Counted from the first letter of the stretch, positions 6,897 to 16,528 are shown. The stretch is DNA of 64,000 nt from Bacteroidales bacterium (GCA_017650305.1 JAGCFD010000035.1:92205-156204); one strand, 5' to 3'. Numbers and translations are program-made. The notes: generated by a model from the letters alone, not told the origin.

Positions 6897-9002
6897 TTAA
6901 CGGGCGATGATTAATTTTTGTGTTTCGGAGAATTGTTTTCCTTGAATGCGCACGAGATACACTCCGTTCTTAAGGCCGCCAACATTGATAAGCGTGTCAC
7001 CATTTTTGTCGATTGCTTGAGTCAGAACTACTCTGCCAGACAGGTCTGAGATGACGATGTCACCATCTCCCACAAGACTGGCGGTTTGGATGGTGGCAGT
7101 TTGGCTGGCGGGATTCGGACGAATGACCATTTTGTTGCTGGAAGAAAGGTCTTGGATCTCTTCAGGAGAGGTGGTGTTCCAATGGAAAGTGAAACCATTG
7201 GCGTGAAGATAATTGTCTGAGATGAAGGAGATCCTGATTCTGCCAGTATAGAATGTGGCAGGATTGGGGATGGTGTGTCCGGAATAGTCGGCCAAGAGAG
7301 CATTGCCATTGCTGATGTCATAGAAAAGCAAATGGTCTTCAGGACTAAGATCAAACTCGTCAAAATAGATATAGAGGGCTTGGGCCCCGGAGACGCGGAT
7401 GCTCCAGTAGCAGTTGGCATTGTCTTGGTACATGGCAGAACCGCTGCCGTCTGTTATGGTGCCTGTAGGATCATGGAAGATGCCTGTGACGCAGTTGGAA
7501 ACGTTGCGGTGGATGTTGAAGCTCAAGTGCCATCCAGCATAGGTGATAGAGTCGTCGGTGTTGAAGGTGACATAGAGGCTGTCGGTGTTGAAACTATAGT
7601 AAGGGGTGTTGGTGATGGACCCGGAAAGAGTCAGCAATAGATGTCCCTGGTCTGGGTGACCATTCCAGAATTTCAGAAAATCGTGGTCTTCCTGCGTAGC
7701 AAAACGGTCGATGGTGACGGATATATTATCGGCTTCATCAGAGGTGATGATATAGGTGCAGGATTGGTTGTTCTGGTAGTTCTGGTCTCGGCTGCCGTCT
7801 TCCAGTGTTCCTGTTCTGCTGGTGATAATCTTTTCAGAACAATAAAATGGGAAGTCGGAGTTGCCCGGGTAAATGTTGCGGACACAGCATTGACCTCCGC
7901 TGAAGCCGCCTACCGCGTTAGAGTACGAGTCGGAGTTGTTGAGGGCGTAGAAGCCATCGGAGGAACCGCCCCATCCGAAGTTGAAATGGAAATGGTTGTC
8001 GCTGTTATATCCATCACATACAAAAGCGTGGCCGCCATCTTCCGAATAGCCCGAGTAGTATATCGGTCGGTTTTGATTCAAGTCGCTTTTCAGATAGTTA
8101 CGCCATTGGGAGTTGTTGGTGCCCCATTTGGAGGAGTATTGCATGTTGGTGGAATATCTAAAATAGGTGCTGAGAGCGTAAGGAACATCCTCTGAGTTGG
8201 CACCGGAGCCGTCAGGGGCGTAACTCATGTTAACGGAGGTAGCGCAGTCGAAAATCAGCTTGGCCACCTCATTGTTGTATCCTGAGAGAGCGTCTTCCAT
8301 TGCTTCGTAGTTGAAAAATTCGTTGCCGAAATTCACTGTGAAGTTTCCATAATAGGAATGGTTGGTGTGTTGGCTAGCCCCTTGTTCGGGGTATCGGTAG
8401 TAGTAAATGATCTGTGCCATGGCAACAGCAACGCAGCCATTAGGAGTGCGCCCATCATAGCCGGCCGGGGAATCCTCGTCTTGCGGTGAATATTGGTTGT
8501 AGTATTTGGTTTGATTCCATGAGGATATCAATAATGGAGACACAATGGTTTCAAGAACCCCTTTGGACTGGTGGTTTTTCAACTCCTGCCAAGCTTCCTG
8601 GACATCTTCTGCCGTGGGAAGTTCCAAACGGCGTATGGCAGCAATCTCCTTTTTATACTGCTCTAAAAACATCTTGGCTCCGGGAGCGGCAGTTTCCATG
8701 TTGAATTCGCCTTCAAATGCGTATGCCAACACGGGAATGGAGGCATCGTCTGCAGCCATGATGATGAAGCCATGGTTGAAGTTCAAGACGGCCATGTAGG
8801 TTGCATCATTGTCTTCAATGAAAAAATAGGATTTTGGCTCTTGCAGTTCGGCCTCTTTGTCTATGGCAAGCATTTTTTGTCGAAACGCTTCTTTCCCCAG
8901 CTCCACCAGTTTGGTTTTGTCAATGGGGGAAGAAAATGAAAAGAGGGAACACATGACGAAACATGTCGTCAGAATTATGGAATGTAGTGTTTTTCTGGCC
9001 AT
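6897..9002 (-). CDS. C10-family (streptopain-like) cysteine peptidase with two CUB-like domains and a T9SS C-terminal sorting domain
   Basis: 701 aa with a signal peptide. Candidate catalytic Cys in ...TPNGCVAVAMAQIIYYYRYP... (aa 190) and His in ...EDGGHAFVCDGY... (aa 325). CUB-like units span aa 388-496 and 504-608. The CTD spans aa 625-701. Confidence 0.85.
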   Translation of the reverse strand: MARKTLHSIILTTCFVMCSLFSFSSPIDKTKLVELGKEAFRQKMLAIDKEAELQEPKSYFFIEDNDATYMAVLNFNHGFIIMAADDASIPVLAYAFEGEFNMETAAPGAKMFLEQYKKEIAAIRRLELPTAEDVQEAWQELKNHQSKGVLETIVSPLLISSWNQTKYYNQYSPQDEDSPAGYDGRTPNGCVAVAMAQIIYYYRYPEQGASQHTNHSYYGNFTVNFGNEFFNYEAMEDALSGYNNEVAKLIFDCATSVNMSYAPDGSGANSEDVPYALSTYFRYSTNMQYSSKWGTNNSQWRNYLKSDLNQNRPIYYSGYSEDGGHAFVCDGYNSDNHFHFNFGWGGSSDGFYALNNSDSYSNAVGGFSGGQCCVRNIYPGNSDFPFYCSEKIITSRTGTLEDGSRDQNYQNNQSCTYIITSDEADNISVTIDRFATQEDHDFLKFWNGHPDQGHLLLTLSGSITNTPYYSFNTDSLYVTFNTDDSITYAGWHLSFNIHRNVSNCVTGIFHDPTGTITDGSGSAMYQDNANCYWSIRVSGAQALYIYFDEFDLSPEDHLLFYDISNGNALLADYSGHTIPNPATFYTGRIRISFISDNYLHANGFTFHWNTTSPEEIQDLSSSNKMVIRPNPASQTATIQTASLVGDGDIVISDLSGRVVLTQAIDKNGDTLINVGGLKNGVYLVRIQGKQFSETQKLIIAR
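6900..7130 (-). other. T9SS type-A C-terminal sorting domain of the C10 peptidase
   Basis: The last 77 aa read MVIRPNPASQTATIQT...ISDLSGRVVL...LKNGVYLVRIQGKQFSETQKLIIAR. This matches the (I/V)xPNP...G(V/I)Y(L/F)...K(L/V)(I/V)(V/I) pattern of Por secretion tails. Confidence 0.75.
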
Positions 9003-9028
9003 TAGAAAGGTACATTAATTAAAGGCGG

Positions 9029-9036
9029 CAAAAATA
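9029..9036 (-). promoter_or_regulatory. -7 promoter box (TATTTTTG) for the C10 peptidase operon
   Basis: Reverse strand reads TATTTTTG, 27 nt upstream of the ATG at 9002. Confidence 0.45.
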
Positions 9037-9129
9037 CAAAAATATGTTTATAAATTGATATTTTTTAAATTTTCTTTATGGTGCAATAGAGATGCTTCCG
9101 GGGAGCTGTTTTGGGAAAGGTTGTAGTTG

Positions 9130-9474
9130 TTAAGAGAGGAAGGGGATGTAGGTGAGGGAGAGTTCCACCAAAATGGCTACGAGCACGGCGACAATTGCGA
9201 CGCGCAAAAGACCTTTGTTGCGCCAAGCCAGCAGCAAAGCTACCATGGTTGCTAGGACCGCTGAAAGAGAAATGTGAGGTTCTGTACCCGTTGCTGAAGT
9301 GGAATAGAAAACGTATGGGAAGGTCATCGCAGCCAAAACGCAATACGGAATGTAGAAAAGGAAGTCCTGAATCCATTCGTTTTGGAGTTTCTTCCGGACG
9401 AACCCGATGGGGATAACGCGAATCAGATAGGTGGTAAGGAACATCAAGAACATGCAGATGATAGGGTATTTCAT
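9130..9474 (-). CDS. azlD: AzlD-family branched-chain amino acid transport protein
   Basis: The longer ORF 9130..9576 overlaps azlC. The internal ATG at 9474 makes an ATGA overlap with the azlC stop and gives a small polytopic protein of about 114 aa (MKYPIICMFLMFLTTYLIRVIPIGF...). Confidence 0.8.
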   Translation of the reverse strand: MKYPIICMFLMFLTTYLIRVIPIGFVRKKLQNEWIQDFLFYIPYCVLAAMTFPYVFYSTSATGTEPHISLSAVLATMVALLLAWRNKGLLRVAIVAVLVAILVELSLTYIPFLS

Positions 9475-10208
9475 GAGACCCTCCTTTCTGCCAAACGCAT
9501 TTTCCGATGACGTTTTACCTCTTTGATGGACGCACAAATAGCCGCACCCAAGATGGCGGAGATGATGATGGCCCATCCGCCACCACCCTTGGTGGTAAGC
9601 ACGTTGACACCTGGCACATATTTGAAAAAGCAGGAGAGCAGGATGGAAACAGCCACGGCAAGAGTTACCTTACGACTTTTGCGGGCCGGTGGGATGATGA
9701 TAGCGATGAACATGCAGTAGAGAGCAATACCCATGCATCCTTGCATCATTGGTGAGAGCAGACTGGATGTTACAGAACCCAACAGAGTGCCGATTGTCCA
9801 TCCTAAAATAGGTGTTGTCATCAAACCTCCAAAGAATGGGAAGGAAACATCGTCTGGCTCCAATGCAGCGATGGCAAAGACCTCATCAGTAATGCAATAT
9901 GCCATGATGGCGCGCTTGTAGAACGGCATCTCGGGCGCTACCTTCTGAGATAAAGAGAGTGACATCAGAAAATAGCGCAGGTTGATGACGAAAGTTGTGA
10001 TGATCAACTCTATATAAGGAGCCCCACCTTCGATGAGACGAATGCCGGCGAACTGGCCTGCGGAGGCCATGTTGGAGAATGAGATAATCGTGGCTTCAAG
10101 AGGGGAGAAACCCATTTTGACGGCTATCAATCCAAATGTGAATGACACAGGAATGTAGCCAAGACAAATGGGGAACCCCTTTTTTAAACCTCTAACAAAC
10201 TCATTCAT
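9471..10208 (-). CDS. azlC: AzlC-family branched-chain amino acid transporter
   Basis: ...GLKKGFPICLGYIPVSFTFGLIAVKMGFSPLEATIISFSNMASAGQFAG... is typical of AzlC. The track start at 10241 is a TTG that overlaps the promoter box, so I prefer the ATG at 10208 (MNEFVRGL...). Confidence 0.8.
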   Translation of the reverse strand: MNEFVRGLKKGFPICLGYIPVSFTFGLIAVKMGFSPLEATIISFSNMASAGQFAGIRLIEGGAPYIELIITTFVINLRYFLMSLSLSQKVAPEMPFYKRAIMAYCITDEVFAIAALEPDDVSFPFFGGLMTTPILGWTIGTLLGSVTSSLLSPMMQGCMGIALYCMFIAIIIPPARKSRKVTLAVAVSILLSCFFKYVPGVNVLTTKGGGGWAIIISAILGAAICASIKEVKRHRKMRLAERRVS

Positions 10209-10238
10209 AATTAGTTGTTGTATCGTAGTAGCAGGTTG

Positions 10239-10246
10239 CAAAAATA
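10239..10246 (-). promoter_or_regulatory. -7 promoter box (TATTTTTG) for azlCD
   Basis: Reverse strand reads TATTTTTG, 31 nt upstream of the ATG at 10208. Confidence 0.4.
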
Positions 10247-10283
10247 GAAAAAAAATGCTTGCGAAAGCACCTTGTTAAAACTC

Positions 10284-11849
10284 TTACTGGGGATTTGTGG
10301 TAGTTGCTGCGATGGCGCTCTTCAATCCATCAATGGCAGCACTCATGATACCACCGGCATAGCCAGCGCCTTCGCCGATAGGATAGATGCCTTTCGTTTG
10401 GCACATTCTGTCTGTCCCGCGCAGAATGCGGACAGGCGAAGAGGAGCGGCTTTCAATGCCGGTAAGGACAGCGTCAGGGTGGGCAAAACCGTGCATTTTC
10501 TTGTCGAAGAGAGGAAGGGCATCTCGCAGAGAATCAACGATATAATCTGGCAAGCAGCGTTTTAGGTCGCAGAAGACAATGCCATGCGGATAGGAGGGCT
10601 TGATGCTTCTAATATTCTTGGCGATGGTTTTCTGTAGGAACTCCTTCATCAGATTGCCGGGTGCGCGGTAGTCGTTGCCAATTTGGAAGGCTTTTCTTTC
10701 GTAGTGCTCCTGATAGGAAAGTCCATCAAGAGGGCTGTGGTGAAAGAAGTCTTCTGGGCGCACGGTGACCAGCAAGGCGCTGTTGGCATTGGCCTTGTCT
10801 CGGCTGCGTTCGCTCATGCCATTGGTGACAATGGTCTCTGGGTCGTTGGTGGAGGCCATTACGGTGCCTCCAGGGCACATGCAGAAAGTGTAGACGCTGC
10901 GTTCGGGCAGATGTACAACCCCTTTGTATGAGGCTGGAGGCAAATATCGGGCGGCTGGGCCATACTGCATCTTGTCAATGAGCGATTGGGGATGCTCTAT
11001 TCTGACACCCATGGAGAATCCTTTGGCTTCCATTTCCAAGCCCTGCTTATGCAAGGAGCGTATGGTGTCGCGTGCGGAATGACCGATGCCCAAAAAGAGA
11101 TGTTGCGTTTGGAAATCGATGTCCGGTTTCCCGAAGATGTGAAGAATACCATTGTCTTCTTGACGAAAACAGGTAAAGCAGGTGTTGAAATGAAACTCCC
11201 CGCCTAAGGATTCTATTTCCAATCGGATGTTTCTGACGACTTGTTCCAGATAATCTGTTCCGACGTGAGGATTCTGCAGATAGGTTACGTCTTCGTCGGC
11301 GCCGTGCAGATAGAACTCCCTCAGAACAAATGCATTATATTCACTATGAACATTGGTGTTCAGTTTTCCATCGGAGAAGGTGCCTGCTCCACCTTCTCCA
11401 AATTGGACGTTGGATTCTGGATCCAAGGTTTTGTCGGCCATGAATTTGGCAACAGAGGCTTTCCGTTCCTCGATTTTTTGTCCGCGTTCCAGGATGATGG
11501 GTCGGGCGTGGGATCGGGCAAGGTAAAGAGCTGCGAACATGCCGGCGGGTCCGAAGCCGACCACAACAGGCCGGTCGGGATGTGGCCATTCCGGATAGCG
11601 CAATGGAGTGGCCTCTGGCATGGCGGAGACATTGTCTTCACGCAGCAGTTCCTCCCGCGTGTCGGGGACTTCCAGGCTAACTTGATAGTCGAAGAAGACG
11701 TTTGGTTTTTTGCGAGCATCAACTGCCTGCCGGAGAATTTTAAAGTCGGAAATATCCGAGGGGTCCAAACGCAGCATTTGGCATACTTTGGCCATCAGGT
11801 CAATTCTGACATTGACAGGAGTCCGGACATTAGCGACTTTGATGCGCAT
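10284..11849 (-). CDS. FAD-dependent oxidoreductase (COG2509-type NAD(FAD)-utilising dehydrogenase)
   Basis: 521 aa. Dinucleotide-binding motif ...PVVVGFGPAGMFAALYLAR..., then ...GEGGAGTFSDGKL... and a C-terminal ...GEGAGYAGGIMSAAIDG.... Confidence 0.8.
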   Translation of the reverse strand: MRIKVANVRTPVNVRIDLMAKVCQMLRLDPSDISDFKILRQAVDARKKPNVFFDYQVSLEVPDTREELLREDNVSAMPEATPLRYPEWPHPDRPVVVGFGPAGMFAALYLARSHARPIILERGQKIEERKASVAKFMADKTLDPESNVQFGEGGAGTFSDGKLNTNVHSEYNAFVLREFYLHGADEDVTYLQNPHVGTDYLEQVVRNIRLEIESLGGEFHFNTCFTCFRQEDNGILHIFGKPDIDFQTQHLFLGIGHSARDTIRSLHKQGLEMEAKGFSMGVRIEHPQSLIDKMQYGPAARYLPPASYKGVVHLPERSVYTFCMCPGGTVMASTNDPETIVTNGMSERSRDKANANSALLVTVRPEDFFHHSPLDGLSYQEHYERKAFQIGNDYRAPGNLMKEFLQKTIAKNIRSIKPSYPHGIVFCDLKRCLPDYIVDSLRDALPLFDKKMHGFAHPDAVLTGIESRSSSPVRILRGTDRMCQTKGIYPIGEGAGYAGGIMSAAIDGLKSAIAATTTNPQ

Positions 11850-11863
11850 TTGTCACGCGTTTT

Positions 11864-12670
11864 TTAATAGATGAACGGGAAGACGCGTTTCAAATGTTTG
11901 GCTTCCATCTCTTCGGCGAACTCTGCTTTGTAGCGTTTGTAGATGTTGTGGGCTCTGGGCACCAGGTTGGCGAAGGTCCACCAGAAGAAGACCAGGCCAG
12001 ACAATGACCAAGTCAGGATGGCAAAGCCGAGCCACTCCAAGAGTTCACCCAAGTAGTTGGCGCTGGTCACATATTCGAACAGGAACCCGCTGGGCAGATA
12101 GTGCTTGGTGTCGTTCTCATCTTTCCGTAAATGGCGTATGATGTAGTCGGAGCGGAGGTTGACAAAGAATCCGAAGAAGAAGATGCAGACTCCGATGATG
12201 AAATGAGGCGACCTCAGCCATTCTATGTCGGAATAGCACAGGCCGAAAACCTGGTAGTTGGCGTTGTAGGATTCGAAGAAGATCCAATAGCCTTGCATCA
12301 TGGCATTCAAGATATTGAAGGCAATGCCCATGAACATAACAGCGAGGGACATCTGGCTGTTACCTTTCATGATCCAGGGGAAGATAATGGAGCGTTGGAA
12401 GTAATGTATCTCGAAAATGAGCAAGAAAACCATCGGGACAATGTCGAAGCGGTGGGGCGATGCGAGCCAGATGATGATCATAGCCAAGAAAATGGGAAAT
12501 TCCATAAGGAACCACGCCAACTTGTTGTTGATGGTTTTTCCCCATTTGTTATTCACAAACATCCCGTATCCGGCATTGACAAAATAGAGGGATACGAAGA
12601 CCACGATGCCCATAGCGATCATTACCCAAAGGTAAATGTTAAAGGCTGATGTTAAAAATTCGGGAGACAT
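11864..12670 (-). CDS. 3-oxo-5-alpha-steroid 4-dehydrogenase (steroid 5-alpha-reductase) family membrane protein
   Basis: 268 aa, polytopic. Contains ...NAGYGMFVNNKWGKTINNKLAWFLMEFP... and C-terminal ...YVTSANYLGELLEWLGFA...HNIYKRYK.... Confidence 0.75.
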   Translation of the reverse strand: MSPEFLTSAFNIYLWVMIAMGIVVFVSLYFVNAGYGMFVNNKWGKTINNKLAWFLMEFPIFLAMIIIWLASPHRFDIVPMVFLLIFEIHYFQRSIIFPWIMKGNSQMSLAVMFMGIAFNILNAMMQGYWIFFESYNANYQVFGLCYSDIEWLRSPHFIIGVCIFFFGFFVNLRSDYIIRHLRKDENDTKHYLPSGFLFEYVTSANYLGELLEWLGFAILTWSLSGLVFFWWTFANLVPRAHNIYKRYKAEFAEEMEAKHLKRVFPFIY

Positions 12671-12685
12671 AACTTATGATTTTTA

Positions 12686-14485
12686 TTATTGAATTTCAAT
12701 TTCAAAAGGCAATCTGGCTTGTACACCTTCTGCGCGAAGAATAGTCTCGAGACCTTGGTAGGTGAAGTAGAGGTGGCCAAGACGTGAAGCCATACGACTT
12801 TCCGTGTCGTTCATGTTGTTAAATAACGTTTCAAAGAATGATTGTTGTTTTGGGTAATATTCAATGGAATATTTGGTGAGATTGGCCAACTCGGCAGCTT
12901 TGTTGATGGCATCGTCGAAGGAGCCGAGTTCGTCAACAAGGCCGATCTTGATGGCATCCGCGCCAGCCCACACGCGGCCTTGTCCGATGCTATCCACCTG
13001 TTCCACTGTCATCTTTCGTCCGTTTGCTACGCGTTGCATGAAGATTCCGTAGGTGCTCTCAATGGATTGTTGGATGACATCCAGTTCAGCTTGGTTGAGA
13101 GTGCGCATTCCAGTGCCTATGTCGGAATGATCGTGGGTTTTGGCCACATCGATGGTGATGCCGAGATTGGATTTCAGGGCATTTTGGAAAGAAGGAATCA
13201 TGCCAAACACGCCAATGGAACCCGTGATGGTGTTGGGTTGTGCGATGATGTAGTCGGAGTTGCAGGAGATGTAATAACCGCCGGAGGCTGCGTAGTCGCC
13301 CATGGAAGTGACGATGACCTTGCCGGCTTTCTTGGCCGCTTCGATTTCGCGCCAGATGTTTTCGGAAGCCAGTGCGCTTCCACCAGGGGAGTTTACTCTC
13401 AAAACAATGGCTTTCACCTTGTTGGACTTGTAAGCTTTGCGGAAAGTTTTAATGAAATTGTCGGAGTAGATGTCCTTGGAGTTGTCGCCTTTGCCATCAT
13501 AGATACTGCCTACGGCATAGACCACGGCGATGCGGTCGTTGAGTTCTTTGGGTGATGAGATAGAGGATTTGTATTTGGAAACAGTGATGAAGTGAATGTC
13601 TTCATTCTCGCTGATGTTTAGTTTCTTGCGGAGGGAGGCCTCAGCTTCGGAAGCATACGCGAGGCGGTCAACCAATCTTGAGGACAAGGCTGTCGGAGCC
13701 AGATATCCTGCCATTTCATTAACGATCCTGTTGAGGGTGTCCAATGGAATTTTCCGAGCAGCAGAGATGTCGCTGGAGATGGTGGCCCACAATGTTTCGC
13801 CCAAGACATTCATTTGGGTGCGATTGGCTTCGCTCATTTTGTCGAGCATATAGGGTTCTACAGCGCTCTTGAACTGGCCGTGACGTATTACCTGAACATC
13901 CACGTTGAATTTGTCCAACAGGCCTTTATAGAACATTATCTGGAATGCATAGCCCCGGAGGTCGACGGAGCCGGTGGGGTTCAACAGGATGCTGTCAGCA
14001 ACGGTAGCCAAATAGTAGCCGTTTTGCTGATAGCTGTCGCTGTAGGCATAGATGAATTTGCCGGATTTCTTAAACTCAACGAGCGCATCATGTATCTCTT
14101 TCAGACTCGCTGGGGAGGCAGCCGCATTGGATGCATTAAGATAAATACCTTTGATCTTGTTGTCGCCAGCGGCATGTTTGATTGCAGCCAAAATGTCATT
14201 TAACCCCAACTGATTGCTATAACCATAATCACTCAGGTCAAAAGGCATGTCCATGGCCCGCTCGGCTATCGGTTGGTTCAGGTTCAGTTTGAGTACACTG
14301 TTGCTTTCAACAGTCGTGCTGTCTTTGGAACCGATGGAGGCGATGATGCCCAGCGTGAGTAAGATGTAGAACACGCTGATGATAATTGTAGCTAATACGA
14401 AGCCTACCATGGAACCGAGAACTATCCGCCAGAACTTGCGAGAGCGGCTCTCTGTCTTTACTTGTGATTGATTGTCATTTGTCAT
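12686..14485 (-). CDS. sppA: Signal peptide peptidase SppA, 67K type
   Basis: 599 aa with an N-terminal TM segment and duplicated ClpP/crotonase-like halves. Contains ...RVNSPGGSALASE... and ...SMGDYAASGGYYISC.... Confidence 0.9.
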   Translation of the reverse strand: MTNDNQSQVKTESRSRKFWRIVLGSMVGFVLATIIISVFYILLTLGIIASIGSKDSTTVESNSVLKLNLNQPIAERAMDMPFDLSDYGYSNQLGLNDILAAIKHAAGDNKIKGIYLNASNAAASPASLKEIHDALVEFKKSGKFIYAYSDSYQQNGYYLATVADSILLNPTGSVDLRGYAFQIMFYKGLLDKFNVDVQVIRHGQFKSAVEPYMLDKMSEANRTQMNVLGETLWATISSDISAARKIPLDTLNRIVNEMAGYLAPTALSSRLVDRLAYASEAEASLRKKLNISENEDIHFITVSKYKSSISSPKELNDRIAVVYAVGSIYDGKGDNSKDIYSDNFIKTFRKAYKSNKVKAIVLRVNSPGGSALASENIWREIEAAKKAGKVIVTSMGDYAASGGYYISCNSDYIIAQPNTITGSIGVFGMIPSFQNALKSNLGITIDVAKTHDHSDIGTGMRTLNQAELDVIQQSIESTYGIFMQRVANGRKMTVEQVDSIGQGRVWAGADAIKIGLVDELGSFDDAINKAAELANLTKYSIEYYPKQQSFFETLFNNMNDTESRMASRLGHLYFTYQGLETILRAEGVQARLPFEIEIQ

Positions 14486-14504
14486 ATTCCGTATTGTTTT
14501 TTGA

Positions 14505-15779
14505 TTATCTGAAGAAATGTCTTTCTTGGCTATGACAGCCCGCTTTAAATAATGTTATGAATTCCAGGAAAGCATCAGAGGGTGAATCCAGTGTTGAAAG
14601 ATGAAGTTGCTGGTTGAGCAAATTGAATTGTTCAATGTTGTTGTAAGAAAAAGGGCAGGGGATGTCGGGAATACTTTGATGTGGTATCCGGGCAGAGTCG
14701 GTGAAACTGCCAGTGACCTCTTCTGGACGGGCTGCCGGAATGAGCAGGTCGAAAGAGGTGTCTTTTTCATCCCATTCTGCTGTGTGAAGCATGGAGAAAG
14801 AGCAACTCCTGATTTGTTGCAGTACGCTGGAAGGTATATCCAATCCGGTGGAATTAAAGAGTAGATAGTTGTTGAAACTGCCTGAAAGAACTGATTTTTC
14901 AACGTTGATATTTTCGATGCATGGAGAAGGAAGTCCTTGCTTTGTCGCGCGTTGTACCATTTCGTCCAAGGATTCGCTGCCGACACCGCGGGATGGGAAG
15001 CATCCCATGTCGAAAAGTCCTTGTGCATTGAGGGTGGGTTTGATGCAAAGGAAGCCGGCATTCGGTTTTGACTGGATGTCCAGCAACATGCACAGATTTT
15101 CCAATTCAATGACTGCCCGTTCACTCATAAGGGGCTCCCAGACGACAAAGACCTCATCTTTGCATTCTTCCAGAAGGGACACGAAGTTGGCGATATCTGA
15201 GTCGGAGAGATTGTTCTTTGCCAGCATGTGTTCATAGTCGTCGGCAAGCAGTTTGGCTTTGTAGGTGTCGTAGTTCTTGCCAAGACCATTGATGTAGATG
15301 CCTTCGGCCAGGTTGTGCTCTACCAGATAACGGTTGAGGCAGCGGAAGAAGGCGGTGTAATCTTGAATATAGAGATTCCCGTTTTGGTTGAACCAATATT
15401 GAGGTGTCTCCGCCAGTGACGTTAATAGATGAGTGATGGCATGTGCGGAGGGGGTGTCAGCTTGGGGAGTCCAGGCAATGAAGATACGGGAGGCGCCAAG
15501 GATCTCGGCAAAGGGCACAATGTCGTTCTTGTCGAAAAAGAAGGCAGTGCTTTTGTTGAAGTATTCAAAAGACGTGATGGCATTGGTATGTAAACCGGCG
15601 CGGGCGAGGCGTTGAAGAAGATAAAGTTCCTCATTGCTATAGTCTCCCGAAACCATAACTAACGTTTGGTTCGCGATGGTCGATGAGCAGCGGGAGGCAA
15701 CCGTGGAATAGGCATCCTCGAAGGAAATGGGATGGTAGGACAGTCCCTCTTTCAACATCGGTTGTAGTAATCGTGTCAT
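14505..15779 (-). CDS. Hypothetical cytoplasmic protein resembling the core of a molybdopterin-oxidoreductase domain (no Fe-S Cys motif seen)
   Basis: 424 aa with an ATG start and no signal peptide. ...VMVSGDYSNEELYLLQRLARAGLHTNAITS... resembles the conserved NuoG/formate-dehydrogenase-type block. I see neither an N-terminal CxxCxxxC cluster motif nor a C-terminal cap domain. Confidence 0.5.
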   Translation of the reverse strand: MTRLLQPMLKEGLSYHPISFEDAYSTVASRCSSTIANQTLVMVSGDYSNEELYLLQRLARAGLHTNAITSFEYFNKSTAFFFDKNDIVPFAEILGASRIFIAWTPQADTPSAHAITHLLTSLAETPQYWFNQNGNLYIQDYTAFFRCLNRYLVEHNLAEGIYINGLGKNYDTYKAKLLADDYEHMLAKNNLSDSDIANFVSLLEECKDEVFVVWEPLMSERAVIELENLCMLLDIQSKPNAGFLCIKPTLNAQGLFDMGCFPSRGVGSESLDEMVQRATKQGLPSPCIENINVEKSVLSGSFNNYLLFNSTGLDIPSSVLQQIRSCSFSMLHTAEWDEKDTSFDLLIPAARPEEVTGSFTDSARIPHQSIPDIPCPFSYNNIEQFNLLNQQLHLSTLDSPSDAFLEFITLFKAGCHSQERHFFR

Positions 15780-15787
15780 CCTGAGGA

Positions 15788-16528
15788 CTATTTGGTGAGT
15801 ACTTGAAATAGTTCCTCCATGGCGGCGGCGTCAAGATGGTCGGCGCATTTAATGCCCTTGGCCTTGGCCATGTCGGGGAGGTTCTTGACGGGCTCGTCGG
15901 CCACCAGTACACCTTTGTTGATGATGACCACATGATCGCACATGGCGCTCACCTCTTGCATGATGTGGGTGGAGAGCAGTACGGTCTTGTCTTTGCCATA
16001 GGTCTTGATCAAAGAGCGGATTTCTACCAGCTGGTTGGGGTCCAGGCCGGTGGTCGGTTCGTCGAGGATGAGCACCTCGGGATCATGGATGAGAGCTTGG
16101 GCGATGCCGACACGTTGTTTGTAACCACGTGACAAGGCTCCGATTCTCTTGTGTTTCTCAGGAGTGAGGCCGGTCTTGTCGATCATGTCGTTCACTTTGG
16201 CTTTCAAGTTCTTGAGATGGTAGATGCCGCCGGTGAATTCGAGAAATTCGCTCACATACATATCATAATATAAAGGGTTGGCTTCGGAAAGGTAGCCGAT
16301 TTTCCTGCGGAGTTCAAGGGAGTCGCGCCAGATGTCCAGGCCGCAGACAGACACTTCCCCGGATGTGGGCGGGATGAGGCAGGTGATGATTTTCATCATG
16401 GTGGTCTTGCCGGCGCCGTTGGGGCCTAAGAAACCGACAATTTCACCCTTCTTAGCCTCGAAGCTCACATCGTTTAAGGCGTATTGCTGGCCAAAAACCT
16501 TGGTGACGTTTTTTACTATGATGGACAT
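15788..16528 (-). CDS. ABC transporter ATP-binding protein (ABC-2/GldA-like), with no adjacent permease gene
   Basis: 246 aa. Walker A GPNGAGKTT, signature LSRGYKQRVGIAQAL, Walker B LILDEPTTGLD. Confidence 0.9.
   Translation of the reverse strand: MSIIVKNVTKVFGQQYALNDVSFEAKKGEIVGFLGPNGAGKTTMMKIITCLIPPTSGEVSVCGLDIWRDSLELRRKIGYLSEANPLYYDMYVSEFLEFTGGIYHLKNLKAKVNDMIDKTGLTPEKHKRIGALSRGYKQRVGIAQALIHDPEVLILDEPTTGLDPNQLVEIRSLIKTYGKDKTVLLSTHIMQEVSAMCDHVVIINKGVLVADEPVKNLPDMAKAKGIKCADHLDAAAMEELFQVLTK

Noticed and set aside
9065-9576. The long form of azlD (148 aa from 9576) and the ORF 9065-9376.
   Set aside because: The long form would overlap azlC by 106 nt. The ATG at 9474 gives the standard ATGA coupling and the typical AzlD length. 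9065-9376 is out of frame with azlD and Arg/Ser/Phe/His/Gly-rich.
11241-11867. A 208-aa plus-strand ORF opposite the FAD-oxidoreductase gene, and similarly 12131-12649, 12842-13555, 23340-24188, 24189-24863 and 36080-36979.
   Set aside because: These are mirror-frame or overlapping ORFs inside genes with strong family motifs (FAD protein, steroid-reductase-like, SppA, Lon, ProS). None has independent support.
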